Source: Bacilli bacterium (GTDB taxonomy: Bacteria; Bacillota_I; Bacilli_A; RFN20; CAG-449). Taken from it: 64,000 nt of DNA. The position numbers and the translations under genes were made by a program. Shown piece after piece: positions 40,469-49,933 of this stretch. The stretch spans positions 9,860-73,859 of the forward strand of contig DBGCPK010000010.1 of NCBI GenBank assembly GCA_048359995.1. The letters run 5' to 3'. Within the stretch, counting starts at the first letter, position 1. Every line of letters begins with the position of its first letter. The notes under the pieces were generated by a model. The model saw only the letters and a program-made list of their open reading frames with translations, was not told the DNA's origin and made no database searches.

Positions 40469-41614
40469 ATGGCTAAAAAAAATGTAAAATGGATGGTAAT
40501 TGCTTTGGCGATCGTCGCAACTTCGCTGACATCTTGCTCGAAAAATAAAAGTTCTGTGACTCATTCGGATCTTTTGATCAGCGAATACTTGGAAGGAACG
40601 GGAAGCAATCGGGCGATCGAATTGTACAATAAAGGTGACGAAGAGATTGATCTTTCCGGATATAAGGTCTGCATTTATCTTCGCGGCGATACTAATCCGG
40701 GATATACGATTGATCTCGAAGGTTCTTTGTCTTCCGGAGAAGTATTTGTCATCGCCCATCCGGACGCTGAAAAAGACATTTTGGATAAAGCCGATCAAAT
40801 CAGCGAAAAACTGATGTTCAACGGATCGCAGCAGATCGCTTTGATAAAAGGAAAAAAAGTGATCGATTTAATCGGAATTATGGGAACCACCTATTCCTAC
40901 GAAAGCGATGTTACTTTGGTCAGAAAGACATCTTTTATGGAAAGCAAGAACGTTTGGGACGAATACGATTGGATCCGCTATTCGGTGGATAACTTCAATT
41001 ATTTAGGAAATGCCACCAATTCGGTTACCGCGGAAGAGTTAGAAACAGGTCCGAAAATCAATGAGATCTACCTCAGTTATCCTTTTATCAAAGATGCGGA
41101 AAAAGAAATCACCGGCGGCGGATTCATCGATGTTGAACTCTATGCAGGAGTTGACGGGGATACGGCCAGATTCTATTATCCTGCTTTAACCGGCATCGAA
41201 GACGGAACGAAAGTTCGTTTTCAGAACATCAATACACCGGAAAGTTATACCGCCAACGTTCAACCTTGGGGTATACCTGCGAAGTTTTGGGTAACCGAAA
41301 GATTGGAAGAAGCGACGAGAATTCAACTGCAATCGCAGTACAACGGAACATTATATGAAAATTTCGATCGCGTTTTGGCGTGGGTCTGGACGGATGGAGA
41401 ATTGCTCAATTATAAAATCGTCAAAAAAGGATTATCCGATATTGCTTTCGGAACGACAGACAATTTGGTTTATAAAGATATTACATATACGAATTGGCTC
41501 TATGATGCCAGCTTGTACGCTAAAAGAAACGGTTTGGGAATCTGGGGTGAAAAAGATCCGTACTGGGATTATGAAAACAATAAATCAACCTATGACGGAT
41601 ATTTTGAGATCTAA
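40469..41614 (+). CDS. Lipoprotein with a lamin-tail-domain (LTD) and an SNase domain
   Basis: Lipobox LTSCS. LLISEYLEGTGSNRAIELYN...IDLSGY is LTD-like. VDGDTARF...VRFQNINTPES...DRVLAWVW is the SNase core, with Asn at the D40-equivalent position. Confidence 0.75.
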   Translation: MAKKNVKWMVIALAIVATSLTSCSKNKSSVTHSDLLISEYLEGTGSNRAIELYNKGDEEIDLSGYKVCIYLRGDTNPGYTIDLEGSLSSGEVFVIAHPDAEKDILDKADQISEKLMFNGSQQIALIKGKKVIDLIGIMGTTYSYESDVTLVRKTSFMESKNVWDEYDWIRYSVDNFNYLGNATNSVTAEELETGPKINEIYLSYPFIKDAEKEITGGGFIDVELYAGVDGDTARFYYPALTGIEDGTKVRFQNINTPESYTANVQPWGIPAKFWVTERLEEATRIQLQSQYNGTLYENFDRVLAWVWTDGELLNYKIVKKGLSDIAFGTTDNLVYKDITYTNWLYDASLYAKRNGLGIWGEKDPYWDYENNKSTYDGYFEI

Positions 41615-42301
41615 TTTTTCTGCGATTTTCATATAAATATCGTTAGCGGCCGAGTAGTTTTCCATTTTGATATGGATAAAATACTGTATGCAGAAATCGT
41701 TGAAATCGGAAAAGAAATCCCGATAGGTTTCCGGACAAAAAGATCGGATTCGTTCGGCATGCGCGGAAAGTTTTTTCAGATGTTCGGATATCGCGTTTTC
41801 GTCTTCTTGGGAAAGGATGTCATCGAAATTCATCAGCGTTCGATAATAATTTTCTGTTTCCGCGATGATTTTTTCGTCGTTGCATAGACGGCTTAGAGAT
41901 CGTCGCAACCACAAAAGGTTGCTTTTCTCATAGGATTCGTAAATTGACGGAAGAAAAGCTTTGATTAAAATAGCTTCTTTGCATTGACCGACTAATACGA
42001 CAAAAGGAAGAAGCGAGCATCGAAGATCTTTTTCTTTTGGCTTTTCTGAGGCAATTTCGACTTTTGTTTCTTCTGGTTGAGTTTTTGTTTTCGGACAATT
42101 GTCGATCGCCTTTCGTTCTGTTTCCGTTTCTTCCGATGGCGAATAGGGAATTTTAATCGGAATATTGCTGATCTTCACTTTGTTTTTCAGCAAGGGATTA
42201 AAGATATACAGCAGTTGCTTGGTGATGTGAAAACGTTCGCAAATGCTGTCCACTGTGTCGCTTTCATTGGCAATATAAATTTTGATCGAATAGTCTTTCA
42301 T
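41585..42301 (-). CDS. Hypothetical protein with an N-terminal LysM-like segment
   Basis: KIYIANESDTVDSICERFHITKQLLYIFNPLL...IPIKIP resembles a LysM motif. The remainder is unassigned. Confidence 0.4.
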   Translation of the reverse strand: MKDYSIKIYIANESDTVDSICERFHITKQLLYIFNPLLKNKVKISNIPIKIPYSPSEETETERKAIDNCPKTKTQPEETKVEIASEKPKEKDLRCSLLPFVVLVGQCKEAILIKAFLPSIYESYEKSNLLWLRRSLSRLCNDEKIIAETENYYRTLMNFDDILSQEDENAISEHLKKLSAHAERIRSFCPETYRDFFSDFNDFCIQYFIHIKMENYSAANDIYMKIAEKLDLKISVIG

Positions 42302-42408
42302 TTTTTTATCCTCTTCATAAATCTATGTGAGAATCGAAAAAAATATCTTTATTTCTTTGAAAATCGGGTATGCTCATTTATAATACAATGGGAAAAGGAA
42401 TTCGAAGT

Positions 42409-43029
42409 ATGCAAAAACCGATATTAATCTGCGTTGCGGGAGGTTCTGCAAGCGGGAAAACGACGTTAGTGAATGAAATCGCCGCCGCATTTCACGGAAA
42501 GGATATCGTTATTCTCAAACACGACGACTATTATCGCGATCAATCGCATCTCAGTCTGGAAGAAAGAAAGAAAACCAATTACGATCATCCGAGTTCTTTG
42601 GAAAACGAGTTGCTGATCCGACATTTGAAGGATTTGCTGAATGGAAAAAGCATTGACAAACCGATTTATGATTTCGTCGCGCAGACACGAAGTCCGGATA
42701 CGGAAAAAGTTAATCCGGGCAGAGTGGTGATTCTTGACGGTATTTTGGTTTTGGAAGATCCGGATATTCGCGCTTTGGCTGACATCAAGGTGTTCGTCGA
42801 ATGCGATGAAGACCTTCGCTTAATTCGGAGAATCCGTCGAGATATGATCGAAAGAGGCCGTTCGTTTGACGGAATCATTCATCAGTATCTGAGTACGGTC
42901 AAACCGATGTATCATAGTTTTGTCTCTCCGAGCAAGAGATACGCGGATATTATCATTCCAAACGATTTTTCGCATTCGGTGGCTACCGATTTGCTGATTG
43001 AAAAAATCAAGTCGATTTTGGATAAATAG
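42409..43029 (+). CDS. udk: Uridine kinase
   Basis: ILICVAGGSASGKTT; DDYY; ILDGIL; RRIRRD. ATG at 42409 preferred. Confidence 0.9.
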   Translation: MQKPILICVAGGSASGKTTLVNEIAAAFHGKDIVILKHDDYYRDQSHLSLEERKKTNYDHPSSLENELLIRHLKDLLNGKSIDKPIYDFVAQTRSPDTEKVNPGRVVILDGILVLEDPDIRALADIKVFVECDEDLRLIRRIRRDMIERGRSFDGIIHQYLSTVKPMYHSFVSPSKRYADIIIPNDFSHSVATDLLIEKIKSILDK

Positions 43030-43069
43030 TTGATTATTTCCGCCGTTTATTTTATGATAATAGGGCAAT

Positions 43070-43145
<76 letters not shown>

Positions 43146-43147
43146 TT

Positions 43148-43181
43148 TAAAAAAATGTATGGATAAATCCATACTTTTTTT
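43148..43181. terminator. Bidirectional-looking intrinsic terminator
   Basis: A-run, gtatgga / taaa / tccatac, then T7. Confidence 0.7.
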
Positions 43182-43227
43182 AATAGATGATACAGAAATG
43201 ATACGGGTTTTTAAAGAAAAAGGGGAA

Positions 43228-43990
43228 TTAAATCCCCGAATTTAATAGATCAATTAACTGATCGATTTTGTCAATAATTGCTTTTTGCCTTTCTTTCGTC
43301 ATATCGATATAAACGTCCATAGTAACGTTATGAAACTTATGTCCGAGATACTTTCCGATGTCTTCAAAGGATATTCCTTCGGAGTAGAGATAACTGGCTA
43401 TCCCGTGTCGCAGTCCATGCGGAGTAATGTGTTCCAGTTGATGAGTTTCTTCCAAATGATTCAAATACCTTCGGACCGATGTTCCTGATATCGGATTGTC
43501 TTTCTTTCGGATATAGAACAAGCGATGAACATCTTTCAAACGATGCGTTTCGACATAATTTTGGAAAAGCGCAATATACTTGTCGGAAAGAAGATACTTT
43601 CTTATCGACGATGCGCTTTTCGGAACAAGATCGATCGACTGATTCAAACCGCATTTGCAAGTGGTTACTTTATAAATCGATAAAATCTTTTTATTTAGAT
43701 CGAAGGCTTTGACTTCCAATCCACGAACCTCGGATTCATAATTCTTTCTTTCGATGATTTTTATAGGATTCTACAAGGTCAAAAAAATAAAAATCTTTCT
43801 GAATCGCCTTTTTCTTTGAATCCTTCTGATGATTTGACGATCCTTCTATACGAAAGAGAGCCTCGGCTTGAACAGTCTCTTTTCTGGAAGAGAATCCTCT
43901 ACGAAGGAACTGACGTCCGTTGATCGAGCATTTAAAGAACCACGTTCCGTTTTTGCTTTTATACGCTGGCATAATCATTAGAAATTCCAT
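43228..43990 (-). pseudogene. Tyrosine recombinase (phage-type integrase), disrupted and internally shortened
   Basis: ORF 43736..43990 is an Arm-type N-terminus (YKSKNGTWFFKCSINGRQF). ORF 43228..43719 is the catalytic domain (HGLRHGIASYL ... LGHKFHNVTMDVYIDM). The two are in different frames and most of the core-binding domain is missing. Confidence 0.75.
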
Positions 43991-44214
43991 CTCGAACGAT
44001 ATAGCCAGTCACTGGCCAAATCCCGTTCGTCACTACCGCCGGAACGATCGCTGCATGTGAGATCGGAAACAAATTGCTCGATGATTCTTCTCGGCGTGAC
44101 CTTCCAGTTTTCATCTGATACAAAATTTGCCGCCAACCATATCGAAAGATATTCTGCATGGTCTTTCAAACATTCATACTCTTCTTCCGTTAATTCAATC
44201 TTTATTGTTTTCAT
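43978..44214 (-). CDS. Small hypothetical protein next to the integrase remnant
   Basis: AAGGAGG precedes the ATG (MKTIKIELTEEEYE...). 78 aa. No motif recognised. Confidence 0.4.
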   Translation of the reverse strand: MKTIKIELTEEEYECLKDHAEYLSIWLAANFVSDENWKVTPRRIIEQFVSDLTCSDRSGGSDERDLASDWLYRSRWNF

Positions 44215-44458
44215 TCTTTTTCCTCCTTGGTTTAAAAATTTTTCTTTGATTATTTGATGCAATCGCATATAATAAAAGAGCAAAAGGTTGTCATCAGATA
44301 ACCAGGCTCCGCCCTAAGGGGCATCACCCGCAAGGGTGATTTTTCTTATTTCTTTATTTTCTTTTCCTCCTTGTTTTTTTTCATTTCGATTGCATATACT
44401 CTGATTAGAGATACGTCGAATAAGCACTTGTTCACAAGATTGCGACGCGTCTCTTTTA

Positions 44459-44760
44459 TTATCTTTTAAAATTACGTTTGATCTTTCGCACCATCTTCTT
44501 ATCGGCAGCGCTTAATCGATAATTCTTTAATCGCTTTCTTTTGAAATTTTTCTTCTTATCATGCGTACTGAAAGGACGCAAATAACTTATTCGCGAATCA
44601 TTCGGATTTGGATTCACTTCAATTTCTTATTACTCAAACCATAAGTAACCGGAGAATGATTAAACCGATATACTTGTATTCATCCTTTTGTTCGTCGTAA
44701 ATCAACGCCGGATGCCCATTCTTTTTATGAGTTCGAAAAGTGTGTTTTAATCTTTTTCAC
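44459..44760 (-). pseudogene. Frameshifted small mobile-element-type gene
   Basis: AGGAGGT plus a GTG start. It reads ..HKKNGHPALIYDEQKDEYKYIGLIHSPVTYGLSNKKL, and after a frame change ..VNPNPNDSRISYLRPFSTHDKKKNFKRKRLKNYRLSAADKKMVRKIKRNFKR*. Confidence 0.35.
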
Positions 44761-45182
44761 TTAACTTACCTCCTTTCGCTTTTTTCGGATTTAGGGATTG
44801 ACATTTCTTCTCAATTTCTCTAAAATTCTTATCAAGAAGAACCTTGTGACCTTCAAAGCGTCGCGTGGCTAAAAGCAATTGAATTGCCAGCCGATTCTTC
44901 TTTTTTTATTTAGAAATTTTTTTTATCGTTTTCCGATAACTTCCATCCTTTTTTAGAACCGAATGTACTTCTGTTTTGTACTTTTGTTTTCTGTCTGAAA
45001 TACGTCTTTCTTTTATCGCATGGATTGGGATTTTTCTAAGGGAATAAAAATGCCGAACTTCTTTTGAAACCAAGAAAAGAGTATGGAATTACCTCGCGTT
45101 AAAAAAGCTTAAATAAAGTTTTCATCGCTTTTCGTATTGCTTTACAAAAGAATTTCGTTTAAATTATAGAATATATCGTATT

Positions 45183-45656
45183 ATGAAGAAAATGAGCCGA
45201 AAAGAAATCTTGTTGTACATTCTAAAAACGTCGATCGACAATTTTGTCGTCGCCATTTGTCTTTCATTTGTCAGTTCTCTCATTTCAGGGGTATTCGACA
45301 ACTATTTTTGGTACTGCACCATTCTGTCGTTTACCCTAAGTTGGTTGCTCTGTCTGCTCGTTCCGGCGCGGAGAATTTCCAACTTTTTAAGCTGCCTCGT
45401 GAAGATTCCTCCGGATACGGTGAGAAGTTGTCTTTTCGGCGGATTGTTTACCAATATTTACACCTGCGGCATTTTAACGATGGCTTGTAAAATTTTAATT
45501 CATTATCCGGACGGAAAGGCCATCATCGACGACTTTCTCCGCTCGATTCTGATTATGTACATCATTTCTTATTTGATTTATCAATTGTCATTTTATCTGA
45601 CGAATCGACTTGTGCGTCATTTATCGCCTGTGAATGAGGAAAAAGAATGCGATTAG
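45183..45656 (+). CDS. Hypothetical multi-pass membrane protein
   Basis: Four hydrophobic segments. Overlaps the next gene by 10 nt. Confidence 0.5.
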   Translation: MKKMSRKEILLYILKTSIDNFVVAICLSFVSSLISGVFDNYFWYCTILSFTLSWLLCLLVPARRISNFLSCLVKIPPDTVRSCLFGGLFTNIYTCGILTMACKILIHYPDGKAIIDDFLRSILIMYIISYLIYQLSFYLTNRLVRHLSPVNEEKECD

Positions 45657-46522
45657 GAGAAGAATGCAGAGAATGCCTTTTTCAGAGTCAGTCGGCAAGA
45701 GTAAAGAAATATCCCGATTCGGAAAAGAAAGATGTTTTTTTGAGAGAAATCCGAAGTTTGACGAAAACATTTCCTTCTAAAAGCGCATCGCCGCTTTTGA
45801 TGCGGGAAATCGATCGGAAACATCGGGAAATTTTCGGTTATCCGTTGGATTATTCGGAAGAAAAAAATCGGTTCAATCGTTTTTTTCTGGACTGCGAAGC
45901 CCAAATCGAACAAGAAGTCCTTCAATCGAAGGATCCTTTGGAAAAAGCGATTCAATTTGCGTGCGTCGGGAATTTGATCGATTTCGCCAAACTGACTTCG
46001 ATCGATAAAGACAGGGTGAATCATTTTATCGCTATTGCAGACAAGCAGAAAATAGATACAGGCGTTTATCGAAGTTTGAAAAAAGATTTAAAGAGCGCAA
46101 AAAGCGCGGTATATCTTCTTGACAACTGCGGAGAGATCGTCTTCGATAAAATCTTGATTCGGACGATAAAGCGGCTTTATCGCGGCATTGTCGTTACGGC
46201 GGTCGTTCGAGGAAAAGAAATCATCAATGACGTAACGAGAAAAGACAGCGTTCAGGTAGGTCTCGATAAAGTCGTAGAAGTGGTTGACAACGGAACAGAT
46301 ATTCCCGGCACGTATTTAAATGAAATCAGCGGCGAATGCAAGAAAAAATTGGACGAGGCAGATTTAATCCTTTCAAAAGGATTGGGGAATTTTGAGACCT
46401 TATTCGGCTGCGGATTGAACATCTATTATATGTTTTTGTGCAAATGTCGGTATTTCGCGGATAAATTCCATTTGAACCAGTGGGAAAGCGTTTTGACTAA
46501 CGAGAGGCTTCTTTCGTTTTGA
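45647..46522 (+). CDS. DUF89 / ARMT1-like damage-control phosphatase family protein
   Basis: N-terminal CRECLF, LLDNCGEIVFD and SKGLGNFETL motifs. Confidence 0.75.
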   Translation: MRLGEECRECLFQSQSARVKKYPDSEKKDVFLREIRSLTKTFPSKSASPLLMREIDRKHREIFGYPLDYSEEKNRFNRFFLDCEAQIEQEVLQSKDPLEKAIQFACVGNLIDFAKLTSIDKDRVNHFIAIADKQKIDTGVYRSLKKDLKSAKSAVYLLDNCGEIVFDKILIRTIKRLYRGIVVTAVVRGKEIINDVTRKDSVQVGLDKVVEVVDNGTDIPGTYLNEISGECKKKLDEADLILSKGLGNFETLFGCGLNIYYMFLCKCRYFADKFHLNQWESVLTNERLLSF

Positions 46523-47870
46523 CGATCGAACGATTCATCCATCGGTCGCTTTGCCAGCGGGCGATCATCATCACCGCGCGGGCGCACTCGTCCAAAGCTT
46601 GAGCGAGGAAAACGCCGAGAAATCCGAGGTGAAGATAAATTCCGAGAAGCCAACTTCCGAAAGAAGAGAAGAGAAACATGCATACGATTGCGCCGATTAA
46701 CGGGAAGATGACATCTCCTGCGGCTTTCAGGGAATTGATGAAAATCAAGTTGATGCAACGGCCGGTTTCATAAAGAAACATCCAAGGGAGAATCATCACC
46801 GCAGCGGAGACGATTTCCTCCGGATCGTAATTTTTCGCGTTTCGAACGATCAGATAGATCAAATCTTTGCCGAATATATTCAAAAGAATGATCAGAGAGA
46901 AGAGAATCGGAAAGCAAATCAGATAAGAGGAATAGGTTTTTCTTTTCGCTTCGACGTAATTTTCCTTTCCGACATCATGTCCGACCAAAATGGAATTTGC
47001 TTGACCGAAAGCCACCGAAAACTGATAAATGTAAGACATAATCATATTGATATAGGTTCTCGCCAAAATTTCGGGTTCTTTCAAATCGTTGACTACCCGC
47101 GTGACGACTAATCCGGAAAGGGTATAACAAATCGATTCCAATGCGGAAGGAAATCCGATAAAGATGATTTTCTTTAAATGAGTCCAAGAAAAACGAAGAG
47201 AGTAAACCCGATTTTTGAGAATGATCGGAGTGAAAATCATCGTGAAAACGAAAGTGATTCCTTGGCTGATCAAGGTTGCAACTGCCGCGCCTCGAACTCC
47301 CATTTCCGGAAGACCGAATTTTCCGTAAATCAAAAGATAATTGAGTAGAACGTTGATCAAGTTGGAACAGACGCCGATAACGGTGATGAAACCGGGGCGT
47401 TGATAAGAACGGAGATTTGCCGAAAGCACATAGGTCATCGCGTATAAAGGCATACCGAAACAAGTGATGGACAGATAAGCCTTTGCATCTGGAATAAAGT
47501 GTTTGGGGCAATTGATTAACCGAAGCAAAGGTGTCTGCAAAAGAAGAAGAAAAAGCATTAAAATAAGGCTTAACCCTAGATTGAACAACAGGCCGTTGTT
47601 AAACGATTTTTTCGCGTCTTCTTCTCTTCCTGCTCCGAGATACTGCGCGATGACGATGCCGACGCCGATCGAACAGATCGAAAAAAGGACGTTCAGCATC
47701 GCTGTAACCTGACCGGCATTGTTGATTGCGATGACTAAAGATTCGTTGTAGTCGGTGATCATCAGCGTATCGATCGTCGATAGGAAATTAAACAGAAGCA
47801 ATTGAATGAAAATCGGAACTCCGAGCGACAGAATGTTTGCTTTTCTCTTTTTCATAATCGTCCCTTTCAT
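46497..47870 (-). CDS. MATE-family efflux transporter
   Basis: 12-TM pattern, 457 aa, N-terminal LSLGVPIFIQLLLFNFLSTIDTLM typical of MATE. Confidence 0.85.
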   Translation of the reverse strand: MKGTIMKKRKANILSLGVPIFIQLLLFNFLSTIDTLMITDYNESLVIAINNAGQVTAMLNVLFSICSIGVGIVIAQYLGAGREEDAKKSFNNGLLFNLGLSLILMLFLLLLQTPLLRLINCPKHFIPDAKAYLSITCFGMPLYAMTYVLSANLRSYQRPGFITVIGVCSNLINVLLNYLLIYGKFGLPEMGVRGAAVATLISQGITFVFTMIFTPIILKNRVYSLRFSWTHLKKIIFIGFPSALESICYTLSGLVVTRVVNDLKEPEILARTYINMIMSYIYQFSVAFGQANSILVGHDVGKENYVEAKRKTYSSYLICFPILFSLIILLNIFGKDLIYLIVRNAKNYDPEEIVSAAVMILPWMFLYETGRCINLIFINSLKAAGDVIFPLIGAIVCMFLFSSFGSWLLGIYLHLGFLGVFLAQALDECARAVMMIARWQSDRWMNRSIVKTKEASR

Positions 47871-47968
47871 CTTGGACAGGTATAATTATATGAAATTTCA
47901 CTTTTTTATGAAAGAACTATTTATCGTTTTTCCAATCGTCCTTTATAATAAGAAAAAAGAGGTGGATT

Positions 47969-48343
47969 ATGTTGGAAATCGGAATGAAAAGAACAAAGAG
48001 ATATATCGTTCTTCCGGAACAAAGTGCGATTGCTGTCGGAAGCGGAGATTTGGAGGTGCTGTCGACTCCTTATCTGTTGGCCTATATGGAAAACGCCGCG
48101 AAAGATTTGATTTCTTCGGAATTAAGCGAGGGAAAGACGACGGTCGGCATAGAGGTAAATCTGCATCATCTTGCTCCGAGTAAAATCGGAGATGAATTGA
48201 CGATCGATTGCGAATTGAAAGAAATCGACGGGAGAATTCTGACGCTGGAATTGACGGCGAAAGACTCGGAAAAAATCGTCGGAAAAGCCTCGCATAAGAG
48301 ATGCGTCGTCACAATCGAAAGATTTATGGAAAAATTGAAGTGA
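47969..48343 (+). CDS. Hotdog-fold thioesterase (FlK-like family)
   Basis: 124 aa; VGSGDLEVLSTPYLLAYMENAA ... HLAPS pattern. Confidence 0.65.
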   Translation: MLEIGMKRTKRYIVLPEQSAIAVGSGDLEVLSTPYLLAYMENAAKDLISSELSEGKTTVGIEVNLHHLAPSKIGDELTIDCELKEIDGRILTLELTAKDSEKIVGKASHKRCVVTIERFMEKLK

Positions 48344-48344
48344 T

Positions 48345-49211
48345 ATGAGGGTTACTTTACTCAAACCTATCGGATATTGCCGCGGGGTTGTCGAAGCTAT
48401 TTCCACGACATATGCCGTCAAGAAGGAAAATCCCGATTCCGATATTTACGTATTCGGTCATCTGGTTCACAATGACAGCGTTATCGAAGAATTGAAAAAG
48501 AGCGGAATCCATTCGGTCGATACGGAAAAGAAAAACCCTTTTTCCGTTTTAGCGCAATTTAAAAGAGGCGACGTCGTGATTTTTTCCGCGCACGGGCACA
48601 GTGAAAAATACGAAGATTATCTTAAAGAACGCGGAATCAAGTATTACGATACGACATGTCGGATCGTTCGGGATAACCTTTCAAGGATCAAAGCCAATCT
48701 CGATCGCGGAGTTATCTATATCGGCAAAAAAGGACATCCGGAGACGGAGGCGGCGTTAAGCGTTTCGGAACAAATCGTTCTTTACGATATCAAAGAGGGA
48801 ATCGACTACGCTTCTGTGAAGAAGAAATCCCCCCTGATCGTCAATCAAACGACGCTTTCTGTCGTCGAATTGAGCAGAATTTACGAGGATATCAAAAGGA
48901 ATGTCCCCGAAGCGGAGTTGTCCGACGAAATTTGCAACGCGACGAGGATCCGACAAGAGACTTTGCGCGATTTTAAGGACGAATTCGATTTGATTCTCAT
49001 CGTCGGTTCGGAAAGATCTTCGAATACGGATAAACTATTTCAGATCGCCAAGACTTCGCATCCTTCCATTCCTTGCTATAAAGTCAACGGAAAAGAAGAT
49101 TTAATAGGGATTTCATTGAAAAACCGCCATCATGCGGTAATTGCGGGAGGAACGTCGACGCCATTTCGGAAGATTGAAGAAATAAAAGAATATTTGGAGG
49201 ATAATGCATGA
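48345..49211 (+). CDS. ispH: 4-hydroxy-3-methylbut-2-enyl diphosphate reductase
   Basis: GYCRGV, SAHGHS, TCRIVRDN, NQTTLS landmarks (three Cys ligands). Confidence 0.9.
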   Translation: MRVTLLKPIGYCRGVVEAISTTYAVKKENPDSDIYVFGHLVHNDSVIEELKKSGIHSVDTEKKNPFSVLAQFKRGDVVIFSAHGHSEKYEDYLKERGIKYYDTTCRIVRDNLSRIKANLDRGVIYIGKKGHPETEAALSVSEQIVLYDIKEGIDYASVKKKSPLIVNQTTLSVVELSRIYEDIKRNVPEAELSDEICNATRIRQETLRDFKDEFDLILIVGSERSSNTDKLFQIAKTSHPSIPCYKVNGKEDLIGISLKNRHHAVIAGGTSTPFRKIEEIKEYLEDNA

Positions 49212-49933
49212 AAGAAACGTTTAAGATGACAAAATCGCTTACGCATCTGGCCGTGATTATGGACGGAAACGGAAGGTGGGCGAAAAAGCGCGGCTTGCCC
49301 AGAACCTTGGGGCATCGTGAGGGTTGCAAAAGGATCGTCGAGATCTTTGATTTGTGCAAAAAGTACGGAATAAAGGTGTTCACTTTGTACGCGTTTTCCA
49401 CGGAAAACTGGAATCGACCGAAAGAAGAAATCCGTTGCCTTTTCGAGTATCTCGATGAATTCTTTCATAAGAATATCGAAAAATTCATGAAAGAAGGAGT
49501 TAGAGTGTCTCATATGGGAGATCCGACACCTTTACCGGAAAAAACGCGGAAAATTCTCGCCGAAGCCGTCGAAAAAACAAAAGATAACGATCGTTATGTG
49601 TTCAACATCTGCCTGAATTATGGTTCAAGGCAGGAAATAACGAGAGTTTGTCGGTTAATCGGAGAAGATGTGAAGAATGAGAAAATCGACCCCGATCGAA
49701 TCGACGAGCGATGCGTGAACCGCTATCTCTATTCTTCTTCTCTTCCCGAAGTCGATTTGATGATCCGAACTTCGGGAGAGGTTCGCCTTTCCAATTTCCT
49801 GCTTTGGCAATTGGCATACAGCGAAATGATCTTTACTCCGACTTACTGGCCGGATTTCAAGGAAAAAGAGTTCGTATCGTGTCTGAAAGAGTACTGTTCC
49901 AGAGAACGGCGTTTCGGTCAAATCAAAGAATAA
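49208..49933 (+). CDS. uppS: Isoprenyl transferase (undecaprenyl diphosphate synthase)
   Basis: HLAVIMDGNGRWAKKRGLPR; FSTENWNRP; RTSGEVRLSNFLLWQ. Confidence 0.92.
   Translation: MKETFKMTKSLTHLAVIMDGNGRWAKKRGLPRTLGHREGCKRIVEIFDLCKKYGIKVFTLYAFSTENWNRPKEEIRCLFEYLDEFFHKNIEKFMKEGVRVSHMGDPTPLPEKTRKILAEAVEKTKDNDRYVFNICLNYGSRQEITRVCRLIGEDVKNEKIDPDRIDERCVNRYLYSSSLPEVDLMIRTSGEVRLSNFLLWQLAYSEMIFTPTYWPDFKEKEFVSCLKEYCSRERRFGQIKE

Noticed and set aside
43146-45180. Intact prophage or ICE at tRNA-Lys
   Set aside because: The integrase is broken. No capsid, terminase, relaxase or T4SS genes are present, and most of the interval lacks open frames.
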